DNA of 64,000 bases from Diplonema japonicum (taxonomy: Eukaryota > Protista > Euglenozoa: Diplonemea). How positions within the stretch are numbered: position 1 is the first letter of the stretch; the number at the start of each line of letters is the position of its first letter. The stretch covers positions 248,001-312,000 of the forward strand of contig OZ025706.1 of the NCBI GenBank assembly GCA_964019335.1, in the 5' to 3' direction. A model generated the notes under the pieces. The model had not been told where the DNA came from, made no database searches, and saw nothing but the letters and a program-made list of their open reading frames with translations. Positions 46,339 through 57,927 of the stretch are shown in pieces. A program made the position numbers and the translations under genes.

Positions 46339-47926
46339 TATGGCATCGTTTCAAAAAACCCCCCCCAAAATGAGGCCAATTGACACTTTCAATATTTCTC
46401 TAAGTACTTTTTCCCAAAGAAAAAAAATTCTACAACTTTCCCGGCCCAGGTTAGGAAAGAAAACACCCCAGAAAATGGGAAAGTGAGTGTTACTAGTACC
46501 CAGAAAATTCAGTCCTAGGGGCAAAAATGGGTTTTTTCACTTTGCACAAATTCAGTAAAAGAGGGGGTGACAAAAATGGATGCTTTTAAACTTGCTGTTG
46601 AGTAGCTAGGGGTAAAAAAAAATGGTATTCGGACCGAGAAAGGGTAAATGGGAACACCACGGCGATCAGGACACTCGCCACAGAGGTTTTTGAGAAGCTC
46701 AGTGGCAACGACTGTGCTGCACTAGTTTGTGAAGTGGTGTGTAAAAGGGAACTTCTAGCGGCACTTCTGCTATCATTTTCTGGTTGATTTAGTAGCCAAC
46801 AAGACACCACACGGCGCCAATTGGTCAGAGGCATGAGGCTTGACCACATCACACATGATGAAATAAGGGCAGCTGGCCTTACTGTTGGAAAAGTCTTGTT
46901 CCACAGTAGCATGGGCACAGGAAAAAATAAAGAAAAAAATGGAGTGGATACTCTGGACTGACGGTGGGCGTCACTTTCGTGCAAAGGAATTTTGCTACTT
47001 TGTTCTTTGGTCTTCGTTATGTATATCCCGATCGGACGTTTTCCCTGTGGTTTCTGGGGAGAAACATGGCAAAAACAACAGGGGCAGCCACTTTGGTGTG
47101 CTCTCTCGTGTTTGGTTTTGGGTGCCTCGTTCTACAACAATTAAAACTGTGGAACAAATAGCTAACATCACCAATACGATACAGTGTGCCGTGCATGTAG
47201 TTACTGATGTCTTTGGCCCGTACAAAAAGAAAGTTCTTGAGTTTCCGGATTTTACAGGTGCATATGAGCTCAGGAGCACACCGGAGGGTGTTTTGCTACG
47301 TGTGCGTCCACGAGCTAGAAGGAACTAAAGTACATCATCAAAGAACTCGATGCAGACAGGGCAGAGAAAAGGCCCCCAGTCTATGAATCTTGTGATGAGT
47401 ATGAGGACGTTCCTGATAGCCTTCCCGGACTTGAAAAACGAGAAAGAATGGTAACCAAATTACGAAAATACTCGCCACCCCATGACAAGCCCAAAGCACA
47501 AGTACACCTATGAATGAGCCTCTTAAAACCCCCCCAAAATGCGGTAGAAGGCCTAACAGTATGAAAAAGAAACGAGGTCGCCCACTCAGCAGCAGCACAT
47601 CTCAGCCGCAGAAGACTAGGAAATGAAGGTTTCCACTTCCAACATCATTTCAGCCACCTTCTAGCAGTGAGTTTCGCTATTTCTTGCTATTGAAAGCATA
47701 ATCTCTGACTTTACCAAAACCACTAAAACCCGATTTTGACCCTAAGACTGAATTTTTCATAGGTCAAAATAGCACCCTTGAGCGATTTCTGACCCGGGTT
47801 CTTTCCTAATATGGGCCGGGAAATATGGAGAATTTTTTTTAAAGGGGGCGGCATGCCCAAAGATGCAACGAAAGTGTCAATTGGCCTCATTTTGGGGGGG
47901 GGGGGGGTTTTGAAATCGACCCATAT
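46339..47926 (+). mobile_element. Degenerate DDE DNA transposon (Sola-like) with about 210-bp imperfect terminal inverted repeats
   Basis: CAAAATGAGGCCAATTGACACTTTC near 46366-46390 is inverted from 47870; further inverted blocks 46422-46461/47799-47838 and 46503-46556/47704-47757. Internal + strand ORF 'ILWTDGGRHFR...GEKHGKNNRGSHFG'. Exact ends and TSD unresolved. Confidence 0.8.
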
Positions 47927-47951
47927 GGAAAAAGTTTGGCACCCTTAAAGG

Positions 47952-47996
<45 letters not shown>

Positions 47997-48103
47997 TCTA
48001 GCTAGAAGGGAAGTTAGGTTACGCGTCACGAATTTTGGCAGCCGTTGCTAGTTGGTTTCATACTGGTTGTTGCATAAAATACACTAGAGGCGCATAAAAG
48101 TGT

Positions 48104-48143
<40 letters not shown>

Positions 48144-48528
48144 ATTGTCTCTGGAACAGCAATATTTCGGTCTTTTTGGCCGCATGAAGGTCCTCACCTT
48201 TTTTTTTCTCTTTTTTTTTCTCTCTCTCTGATTGAGCATGAGGCCTGTAAATCTTTTGTTTTCTTCCCCTTTCTGTTTTTTTTAAGATTTATTTCTCTCT
48301 CGGGAACAAACCATTTCTTTCTTTTTTTGTCCAACCTTAAGAGGAGAAGAAGAGATCAGGTTTAAGATTTGTTTGCGCGCACGAGCGGAATCTTACCTAA
48401 TAAAATAGCTCATTACGCTGCCATCAAACTAGTTTTTAGTCTCGACAATAATATTGCTAAAACAAAAAAAGAAAAATAAATTAGACATTGTAAAATTTTT
48501 CGGGGGAAATAACCCCAGTCAACCCTTT

Positions 48529-49374
48529 TCAATTCTTTCTGTCTTCGCTGGCTGGTGCTTTTAACAGCCCCGTCGTCTCTTTGGGGAAGGCAGGAGGGAT
48601 GTCGCTAGCCACTGCCCTCCAGCGGTCCACCACCGCGAGGCGGGTAGCCTCAAGATAGTCGATCTCACACAGCAACGACCACAGAATAGAAGCGATTGCG
48701 ATAAAGATAACGGTGGTAGTTCGGTTTACTTGCATCCCACGCAGAGGGCACACCAGAGTTGAACACCAGCTCACAACAAGGAAGCGCCTGAAATCAGTGA
48801 AAGGGGTAAGGTAGGAAGTGTTGTTGGAGGCCAGAAGCTGGATGTCCTGCCTCAGAAGGGTGAGAATTCTGCTCGCAGACTCCCGCAAGGCAGGGTCTGC
48901 ACGGCCCACTTCCTTCTCGAGGATTGTGAGCAGTGTGGATGTAGGGTCCCTCGCACTGTTGAACCACTCCCGGTGCACACCTTTGTCAGTTCCGAAGAAT
49001 TCGACTATCGGCCGTGACTCTTGTTCTTCAGACAGAGTTTCGAATATGTAGCACAGAACGCTGTTCGTGAACTGCACCACACCCCCCTCCTCAGAGAAGC
49101 CTGACACAAGGCTCTGGAGACTCTGTGCAGAACCCGCTATCCTGTGCCCTGCCTCATAGTATCTCACCCTCATGGTGTTTCGCATCACCAGCGCTACGAC
49201 CAACAACACAAGCAGAGGGAACCCGAACAGTGAAACCCAGACGGTTGGCTGTGTGCCCATGTGGGCCCCCTTATCGATCAGCACCAATATGATGCTGATC
49301 AACACCGACACCCCGCTCATCCCCGCTACTGTCAGCATGGTGCTAAAGGGAAGCATGTCGAACTCAATGCGCAT
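48529..49374 (-). CDS. Membrane protein, divergent bestrophin/UPF0187-like (paralog of 44022-45884)
   Basis: TM1-TM2 then 'LVMRNTMRVRYYEAGHRIAG', resembling bestrophin 'FRxNxAYxRY/WxEAR'; TM3-TM4 then 'EIDYL'. Confidence 0.65.
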   Translation of the reverse strand: MRIEFDMLPFSTMLTVAGMSGVSVLISIILVLIDKGAHMGTQPTVWVSLFGFPLLVLLVVALVMRNTMRVRYYEAGHRIAGSAQSLQSLVSGFSEEGGVVQFTNSVLCYIFETLSEEQESRPIVEFFGTDKGVHREWFNSARDPTSTLLTILEKEVGRADPALRESASRILTLLRQDIQLLASNNTSYLTPFTDFRRFLVVSWCSTLVCPLRGMQVNRTTTVIFIAIASILWSLLCEIDYLEATRLAVVDRWRAVASDIPPAFPKETTGLLKAPASEDRKN

Positions 49375-49437
49375 GTTTACTGTGGAACCTAGCTATATAG
49401 AAGAAAAAAAAAAGAGGAAAATAAAAGGGAAATATCT

Positions 49438-51177
49438 CTATAGTACAACGGCTCTCGACACATCGTCCCACTCCTCTATGAACCCAGACCAGAAGCGGTC
49501 GGTGGGCGTCTTTGTTGCCGTGGCCTTCTTCAGTGGATCCCGCCACTGCTCTGTCGGCACAGTAGACCCTGAGTCTCGCCACATGCCTAGCTGCGTAGGT
49601 GTGAAGTACGACATGGCATGGTTAGGGGGTGCTGGTTTTTCAACAGGATAACCCTTGGATGGGTGCGCCATCGGCCAATACCCGGAACCCGCACCGGGCA
49701 TCGGGTTAACGTACATATGAGGCGGGTAGGGTTGCGGCGCCTGCTTCTTTTTCTTCGCTTTTTTCTTTTTCCGCTTCGGTTCTTTCTGCGCGGCGAAAAC
49801 GGCGGCGGTGACGGCAGCTGCAACGGCAGCATCGCAAGGGGTACAAGAAGGGGGCTTCTCGGGTGTTTCACCGTCGGAAGAAGGAGGAGCTGAGAGACGG
49901 CGGGGGTCGTATTCCGTCGATGCTACAGAAGGAGCACGGGCGGCTTCACCTGCCTCGGTGTAACAGACTCTACACACCCTTGCAGCACCGTACTGCCCGG
50001 GGACACGGAGGTAGTGGGAGGAGCACTTGTCGCACGCGTAGCACCCGCATTTTCTGCAGCAGAATTTCCTACGGTTCGCAAAAGACACGGTGCAGACCTG
50101 GCACGCTGGCGGGACGACGATGGCGTCCGTAGCATCATCAACGTCGAGCGACAAGGCAGCGAAGGCAGAGTTCTCCGAAAACCGTCCACTCCTCCGATCT
50201 GCATTTGATGTAGGCCGCGTGACATATAAAAAGGGCGATGAAGGGGGTGAAGCTTCTCGGATGCAAAACGTGTTGAAATTCATGGCACCGCAGCAGGACC
50301 AATGGTTGTGGGGTATGGTGGGCATGGGGTGGTCGCAGAGCACGCCTTCTACATCGCCCGGAATGGAACAGTCGTGTTCGGTGTTCGACCCCCGCCACTC
50401 CCCCGTGTGGCCGTTGATGGCCGGGCGTCCCGGCGTCGTGTTCCCAAACGTGCTTTTCCCGCCTTTTGTAACTTGTTGCGGGCCGTTCCCAAAAAGCGTT
50501 TTGTAGTAATCGCTCGGAGCTTGGCTTGGTTTTGAGGGAACATTAGAGGGCACGGGGCTTTTCCCCAAATCTTCCGGTTCGTCAATAGGATCAACAGCAA
50601 CAGTCTCCGGAATGGGATCATGCGTCTCAAAAAGATTTTCAAGCTCTCTAAATGTGCTGATGCGGGGCTTTTTGAGCGACTTCTGTCTGATTAAAAACGC
50701 GCTTCGAAAAATATCCTCATCAGGGGATACTTTTTTGATGTCGAAATCTTGTTTCGTGTGTTTCTTGCAAGCGGCGACGGCCTGTGCTAGGCGTTCTACG
50801 TCCAGTTTGTTCCCGTAGCCTGCTTTTCGTTGTGTTGCCTGTGCAAGGATGACGTCGTGTTCGTCAGGTATGCGAAGAAGCAACGCCTGCCCTTCCCCAG
50901 GCCCCATCAGCAGAGGGTCCCTAGGATTTTCTTGGAGCACTGCTTTGGTGACCTTTTCTAAATCGACCAACCGCTTGACGGTGAAGCTGCCTGCTTGGCA
51001 CAACACCAACGCCTTGCTGCTGAGCAGGACCGCCCTCTTCTGCCGCTTCCCCCTGGAGCTCACCTTGTCCAGTATCCTAACGAAATGGAGATTCGGTAGC
51101 TGGTTGTAGTTCGGTTGGATAGGTGCCTCTCCATAACCCTCTTCAGCTACCAACGATTTGTTGCCGAACAACCCCAT
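49438..51177 (-). CDS. PH-like (myosin TH1-like) + HWSCC zinc motif + atypical FYVE finger protein
   Basis: 'LDKVSSRGKRQKRAVLLSSKALVLC..VKRLVDL'; 'HWSCCG'; 'CQVC..RRKFCCRKCG..CDKC..RVCRVCY'. Confidence 0.8.
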   Translation of the reverse strand: MGLFGNKSLVAEEGYGEAPIQPNYNQLPNLHFVRILDKVSSRGKRQKRAVLLSSKALVLCQAGSFTVKRLVDLEKVTKAVLQENPRDPLLMGPGEGQALLLRIPDEHDVILAQATQRKAGYGNKLDVERLAQAVAACKKHTKQDFDIKKVSPDEDIFRSAFLIRQKSLKKPRISTFRELENLFETHDPIPETVAVDPIDEPEDLGKSPVPSNVPSKPSQAPSDYYKTLFGNGPQQVTKGGKSTFGNTTPGRPAINGHTGEWRGSNTEHDCSIPGDVEGVLCDHPMPTIPHNHWSCCGAMNFNTFCIREASPPSSPFLYVTRPTSNADRRSGRFSENSAFAALSLDVDDATDAIVVPPACQVCTVSFANRRKFCCRKCGCYACDKCSSHYLRVPGQYGAARVCRVCYTEAGEAARAPSVASTEYDPRRLSAPPSSDGETPEKPPSCTPCDAAVAAAVTAAVFAAQKEPKRKKKKAKKKKQAPQPYPPHMYVNPMPGAGSGYWPMAHPSKGYPVEKPAPPNHAMSYFTPTQLGMWRDSGSTVPTEQWRDPLKKATATKTPTDRFWSGFIEEWDDVSRAVVL

Positions 51178-51343
51178 TTCTTTTTTTTTCTTTTTTTTTT
51201 CCCGGGGGCTCCCCCCCTTCCCCCTACCTTTTTGTCCCCCTCTCACAACCACTAGGAAATAAGAAATCACTGAGAATAATACAAAAGAGAAAACCGGAAG
51301 GTTTTTTTTTTTTCTTTTTTTTTTCCCCTATTTATTTTGAACA

Positions 51344-52858
51344 TCACTGCAGTGCTGCAAGCGTTTTGAGTTTTTCTTCTTTCGTTCGTCTCATGTCGTT
51401 AACGTATTCCTTGGGGCACAGGTACCCATCGGCACGAGACAGAGTAGCCCCAATGGTTGTCATGTACACCCTGTAAAGGGACTCGGCACGCAGGGTGAGC
51501 GCGTGTATCTCAGCAGCGTTGGCATCGGCGCTGCCTTGCTTCCGCAGGATCGTGTCATGAAGAAGGGCATAGAAGGGCCGGAAGATCTCGTCGTACTGAG
51601 CGTTCACAGATGCCTTGAGGAAGTCGAGGTCGGTGTTTGCTTTGGAAAAGAACTTCTCAGCAGCGACAGTGATTTCCTCGGTTAAAAGTGAACACAGGGA
51701 GTAACATTCAGCTGCGGTAGAGAGAGACAACAGGTTGACACGCAGGAGCCGGCGTCTTTGTTGGTACTCTGAGTAGAGGGCTGTTTCCCAGCGTTCTCTC
51801 GAGGCTCGTTCCTTGCATTTTTTCAAACGCTCAGATACAAGTTGCTCCCTCTCCATGGCGAAGGTCTTAAGGAGTTTTTCCTGATGTTGGATTGCGTCCC
51901 AAGCAGCGTCGCTTTTCGACTTCAGCTGAAAAAGTTTCTTGTCGCACTCCAACATCCAGCTGTCATGCGCTTGTTTCAACCATACCGCCTCCTCGTTGGC
52001 GGCGGCGAGTACGTTGTTCAGCTGCTTCAAATCCCATTCAATCCTATCCTTCACGATGGCCTCCGTCAGCGTTGTCCGGGTTGCGTCCGCAGAACCTTGC
52101 GAGTGTGCGTTGTGGAATTCCTTCAGCTTTTTTCTGGAGACCCCTAGCTTCGCCGCGTCGATAGCTTGGTACTTCTCCACAACAGTGTCCAAGGCTTTCT
52201 GCAAACAAGCTGCTTGTTTTTCAACATGGATCATTGCCAAGGCCACGTCACCCTCTATCAGGGTTCTCCGTACATTCTCTCCTTCCTCTTCTGCGTCGAG
52301 TGAGAATTTCTTGCATTTCTCTTCCAAATTCGAGAGGAGCTCTTCTGAAGAAGGCGACATCGCGGCCTGAAGGAGCAGTTTTAGAGACGGGTTTACCAGA
52401 TCGCACAGATCGGATGAACGAAGGTTTGTCTTTTTGAGAAGCTTCTCGACACGCTCAAGGTATGTCTTCCCCTTGGATATGTCTCTGTAAATAGCTGCTC
52501 CGTTGGTACCAGCCACCTGCAGGGCGTTGAAGGCCTGTTGCAGAACTGTCCACATCTTGGTCTCTGGTGCATCGTCGCTGGTAAAGAGCTCTTCGTCCTT
52601 CACGGTCTGCCCGAAGAATCCTTCCTCTAGCTTGATGTCCCCCGCCTCCGCTTTGTACCTTAGCAACATGTCGTTTGCAGTGACAGTCGCCAACGCTACC
52701 TCTTGTCTGACCCTTTGGCACCCCGCCCATGCCTGTACCCTGCACAGGTACCTTTCCCCATCGATCAAAGCTTCCTCATTGCATTCTGGTTGCCATTCGA
52801 TCACAGTCAAGTTATTGGTATCTTTGGACGTGGCTAGCGGTGGAAGGGGTTTTGGCAT
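51344..52858 (-). CDS. Paraflagellar rod (PFR) domain protein, divergent
   Basis: About 500-aa coiled coil with PFR-like segments 'WDAIQHQEKLLKTFAMEREQLVSERL' and 'QQRRRLLRVNL..AAEC'. Confidence 0.7.
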   Translation of the reverse strand: MPKPLPPLATSKDTNNLTVIEWQPECNEEALIDGERYLCRVQAWAGCQRVRQEVALATVTANDMLLRYKAEAGDIKLEEGFFGQTVKDEELFTSDDAPETKMWTVLQQAFNALQVAGTNGAAIYRDISKGKTYLERVEKLLKKTNLRSSDLCDLVNPSLKLLLQAAMSPSSEELLSNLEEKCKKFSLDAEEEGENVRRTLIEGDVALAMIHVEKQAACLQKALDTVVEKYQAIDAAKLGVSRKKLKEFHNAHSQGSADATRTTLTEAIVKDRIEWDLKQLNNVLAAANEEAVWLKQAHDSWMLECDKKLFQLKSKSDAAWDAIQHQEKLLKTFAMEREQLVSERLKKCKERASRERWETALYSEYQQRRRLLRVNLLSLSTAAECYSLCSLLTEEITVAAEKFFSKANTDLDFLKASVNAQYDEIFRPFYALLHDTILRKQGSADANAAEIHALTLRAESLYRVYMTTIGATLSRADGYLCPKEYVNDMRRTKEEKLKTLAALQ

Positions 52859-53141
52859 GTTTTTTTTTTTTTTTTTTTTTTTTTTCTTTCTTTCTTTTTT
52901 TCCTTGTATGATTTTTCTTCCCCACCCCTCAAAAGAAAAGAAAAGGAAAAAGAAGAAGAAGAAAAAAAACCTCCTGCTGCATTCCCCCCCCCAGCATTTT
53001 CTTGAAAAATAAGGCACACGGACAAATTCTGAGATAAGTACTACCAGTACTCTTGTTTGCTCTCACAGGGAAGCTGAGCAGTCTTGTTGAATACTAAAAG
53101 AGGTGAGGGGGACTGATCTGTAAAGACCAAGTGATGTCATC

Positions 53142-53860
53142 TCAGTCTGAAGAATGGGAGCGCCGCCTCGCGGGTATTGAGGCCTTGCTGCTCTGTTTTC
53201 GCGACATTCTGGCCTTCGTGCCTCCGAGAATTCGCCTCATCTCTTCCTGCTGCTTCTTGGTGAGGTTGGACTCGGGGCCCGCAGCAAGAAGAGACTTTAC
53301 AACTGTCTTCTGGTCTCCGTCACCATACTCGATCACAAGTTGCAACGGTGTCTTCCCGAGCTGGTCAAGAGTGTCCAAAGGGGCCCCGCTTTCTATCATG
53401 GCATCCACTAAATGGGCCCTGCCTTGGAGGCACGCCTGGTGCAGTGGGGACCTCTTAGTGCTTGCATCTTGTGTGGTCAACCAAGGGAGCGCCGTAGGCG
53501 TGGATAGCTTTCGTACAATCGAAGCATAAGAACCCTTGTGAAGCCATGCTGCATCCTCCGCTACTCTTTGTAGCATCGTCTTTTCTTCCCATGTTACGTT
53601 GATATCTGCGCCAGCTTCGATCAGCGCGCTCAGGATTGCGCCCTCAGCTGCGTCGACAGCCAAGTGTAGTGCTGTCTCCCCCGCTGTTCCTTTTTTGTCC
53701 AGGTCCGCACCCTTCGCCACCAAGACCTCGACCGTTCCTAAATTCCCCGCTTTTGCAGCCTTCATCACCGCAGTGTATTCGTTCTCTGTCTCGTCCGTGT
53801 CGTTCACCACCTGCGGGGCGCATAACCTAGCGATGATGTCCAGACCGATCGAGTCTTGCT

Positions 53861-53894
<34 letters not shown>

Positions 53895-56382
53895 CTTTCT
53901 TCTTCTTGCTACACCATACCGAAAATTCCTGCTTCTCAACGGCGACCATAAGCGCGGCGCGGCCCTCAAAATCTCTGTGATGGACCTCCATACCGGCATC
54001 CAAGAACTCCTTACACATCGCCACGAAACCTTTATTGGCCGCGATATGAAGCGGAGTGTACCCCTTCGGGTTAGGGAGGGAAATAAGCTGCGTTGGGGAG
54101 AGGTCACGATGGTGCCACATGACTGCCGGCGACGGGTGGAGGAGCGTGATGATGTGGTCGAGGCCGGGGCCTTCGGAAAACACAGGGGAGGCCGCCGCGA
54201 TGAGGAGAGCAGATCCTTCGTAAACCTCACAGAGCTTTGAGTCGAAAGGGTCTGCAGGGGCTGCACTATGTATTTCCGCAAGCTCTTCAAGTACTTCATT
54301 GGCGATCGCGTTGAAGAGTTTGATTGCGGGGGTCATTTCAGGTGGGGTTTCCCTGTCGTTGATCTGCGACTCAAGGAGCTCGGGAATGAGGGAGCTGTTG
54401 CGTTCCGCCACGACAACTTCTCCAGCGAGAACGGACAACACCTCCACACCCCCGACGGACGTGTTCTCCCAGAATGTTTTCCTGATGTTCTCAGCATTGA
54501 CATTGGATCGCATAGTGATTTCCGAGTTAATTGTCGTAACTATCTGTCTCATTCTGTTCTGCGCTTTTTCCGTCGCTTCCATAGCTTCCTTATAAAAGGA
54601 GGTTGTAAGCTCGGCGAGCTCAGGGAGCGGCCTCCATGAAACGTGAACAACGGTACCCGCCGAGCCCTCCTTCACCCTGTCTACACGGAAGTTTGAAAAG
54701 GGAGGCAGCAACACCTCTTCTTCCCGTGGGTAGAACGATAGGTCCAAGATGGGAATGCTCTCGTGGATTGATTTTATGACGACGCAAACACCGTCTCCGT
54801 CGCATGATGCGAACTGTTCCACTTCGCAGTTGGACTTGCTCGCGCGTAGAGGGGACGGCCACAGGATACCGGAACCCGTGGTGAGGTTTTTGTAATAGTT
54901 GACGAGGCCCATTTTAACGTGTTTGGATGCATGTGTGAGCTCCGGGTTTCCCTCGATCCCCTTACGGCTGACCGCACCGGCGATGGCGCTGAAAACCTTG
55001 ACCCACCGCCGCATGGACTTCCACGCAGACTGGTACCCTTCTTCCCCTTCGCTACCATTGTACAAAATGTGTAATGTTCTGTCAAAGATGTCCCTCAGCG
55101 TCGGGTTTCGTGTGTCGGCGATCTGTTCATGATAGTCCTTCCATTGACCGTCTGATGTCTCCACAACACGTGGTTCCGGTGCGTCTTTGAACCCAAGCAC
55201 ACGGTCGATGTCGGGGCCCTCGCCGGAGTACAACGCCAGGACTAATGAAGCAAGGCCGGTTCGTGTTGGAAATCTTCTCGAGCATTTTTCCCTCATCGCC
55301 TCGGAGACGCCGTATAATATGTTGAACTTCGCAGTTGATGGGCACAACGCGTTTGAATCCTCTTCCTCGGGGGTGACGAGGTTCTGCACGAGCTCGTCGA
55401 GGATGTCGCCCGGCTTGTCACGCCACATTTGAATAATCGTTTGGTAAATGACAGCGGCTCTGTGCAGCTTAGCATCGTCCTGCGATGTATAAGGAAAAGG
55501 GGTTACGTACAGACGTTCACGGCGCAGCGCGGACGTGTTCTTCGCCTTCGCTTCCATTTTTAATGTGTTGATGGTTGCCTCGGAGAAGGACAGTGTCGCT
55601 AACCCAACAAGCCGAACGTCCTTATACCCACCAAGGGATTCGTTGACAGCTTTGATGAACACGGGTGTTTTTAACGATTTGCGCTCAGTTTGTATGATGA
55701 GGTTGAAGACACCTTGCGCGTCTCGTACACCTGACTGGTGAGCGGTGGCTTGGCTATCGATGAGGTCGGATATAGGGAGGAAGCTTTGTTGTTCTTCGGC
55801 GAAGATTTTCGATCGAGACTGATGTTCTTGCTTTTCAAATTGAGCGGCGGCCTTCGCAAGCTCCTCGCCGTGTTGTCTCGCTCTGGCTTCGTGGGTCAGC
55901 TGTTGCTCCCGTTCCGTTTCCTCGGATTCTTCTATCGTTTCTCGTTCTTGTCCTTGTGTCGTTGCGATCCCTTTTCTCTCAGCGGTTTCATCGTTGCAGG
56001 AGTATTTTAGTAACAGGCACTGCTTGCACAGAGTGACCGTTTTTACACAATCCTCACACTGATACAGCCTCCTCCTCATGCCTGCGGCTGCCGATCCGTG
56101 GATTTTACAGACCTCGCATCTTATCCCAGCAACTTCGCTGGGTGCCAATACGTGTAAAATGTGATCTGTGTTTGTGGGGCACGTCATCTGGTTTTGCAAT
56201 GATTTGCTCTTTGGTGACACCAGCGACTCCCTTTTTAGTGAGGGCACGCGTGGGCTTTTTATGTTGTTACCTCCTGGGGAGCTTAGGCTTTTTCTTGCTC
56301 CGCTGGAATCGAGATCCTTCACAGATTTCCGGGGCGGACGAGAACCCGCAATGTTGTCAGGTGGAGGGGATGGAGTACTCAT
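53142..56382 (-). CDS. Zn-finger + coiled coil + ADP-ribosyltransferase-like domain + ankyrin-repeat protein
   Basis: CEVC/CEDC/CKQC finger; 'LSFYPREEEVLLPPFSNFRV' (ART ExE loop); ankyrins GYTPLHIAA, GETALHLAV, SPLHQAC, GKTPLQL. Intron 53859-53919 joins the two ORFs. Confidence 0.85.
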
Positions 56383-56808
56383 TTTTTTTTTAAACTTATT
56401 TTCTTGATGATGGGAATAAAACAAAACAGAAAGCTTGTGGGGGGGGGGGGGCAAAAGTATAAAAAAACAACTAATCAATAATCAACCTCTCTCAATTGAA
56501 TTACATTCTTCTTTGCGGGGAGGGGGGGGGGTTTTTTTTCTTCTTCTTTTTTTTTTCCATTTTTTTTTTCACGCGACGGTTGTAAGAGAATTACGGCTGA
56601 TGTCAATAATGTTGGATAGACAAAAAAAAAACTCAAAGTGCAGGACAAACCCCCTCATGGAGGGCCGCCCTTGCAAAAAAAAAAAAAAAGAAAATCCAAA
56701 AGTATAGACTCGTCAACATTAATGACATAACAATCGTATTTTTTTTTTTTGTAAAAAAGCAGAATGTAGGAACTACGCTGCCACATCGTTCTTCTTTCTT
56801 TCTTTCTT

Positions 56809-56853
<45 letters not shown>

Positions 56854-57927
56854 GTAACTACAATAACACGAGTTTTCTGTTCATGAGACAAAAAAAAAAT
56901 AAAAAAAAAAGAGGGTGCACTATGATGTGGTACCCGCTTCTTCTTGTTTTTTTTTTTTTTTTAAAAACTTTTCTTTCATTGCCTTAAATAAAATATAATG
57001 ACTGATACCTAGTGGAATCAGCCCCTATTTTTTTTTTTTATTCATATCTACTGAACGATAACAAAGCACAAGGAACGAACACATGTGTAGGAGAAGGGTA
57101 GAAAAAAAAAGGGGGGGGAGAACAGGGACCCAACATTGGGTCCCCTTGATTTTACACCCACAGAGGTGGGGGGATATGGGAGACCCCTCCCTCCCTCCTC
57201 AGGGGAAAACAGGGGGGGGAAACAGGATACCAGCCTGCTTTATTTTTTTTTTCTCCCCTTGCAGTGCGCTCTAGAAAGGAGGGTAGTGGGGGGGGGGGAG
57301 GGGAATCGAAACATTAGCATTGACAAGATACACAACAAGAAGGGCACTTTTTTTTTTTTTTTTTTGTCATTCCTTCCTTCGAGCACTCAAGGATATCAAT
57401 ATCGGCTCAACGCACCCTTACAGTGTAGCGGCGGTCCATGGCCACACTGAGTAAAGCACCCAAAAAAGAATTTTATTCAAAACTTCACTAAACGTTTTTT
57501 TTTTTTTTTTTCCTTCTTCTTCTTTTTTTTATAGTATTCTTCGCTTTCAACCCTTGCTTTTTTTTTTTTTTTTTCCAACAAAGGGGAAATGTGCGGCTTC
57601 ACAAAGGTTCCCTAGCCAAATAGTGGTATTTTTTTTCTCTCTCCTTTTTTTTTTTTTTTTTTTTTTTTTGAATCGACTTTCAAAAAAAGAAAAAGCATGT
57701 GACGAAGACTCATTTTTTTCTTTCTCTTTTTTCTTTTTCTCCCCCCCCCCCCGCCCCTCCCATGAATTTCTTGGTGTGATTACCACAAACCCGATGAGTA
57801 TCGAAAGCGAAACGAAAATCTAACCAATTGGGAAGGGGGGAAAAAAAAAAGGGGGAGGGGGAGACAAAGAAAGCTCCAAAAGCTTACCACGTGAAGGGTA
57901 AAAAAAAAAAAAAAAAAAGAGTGGGTT

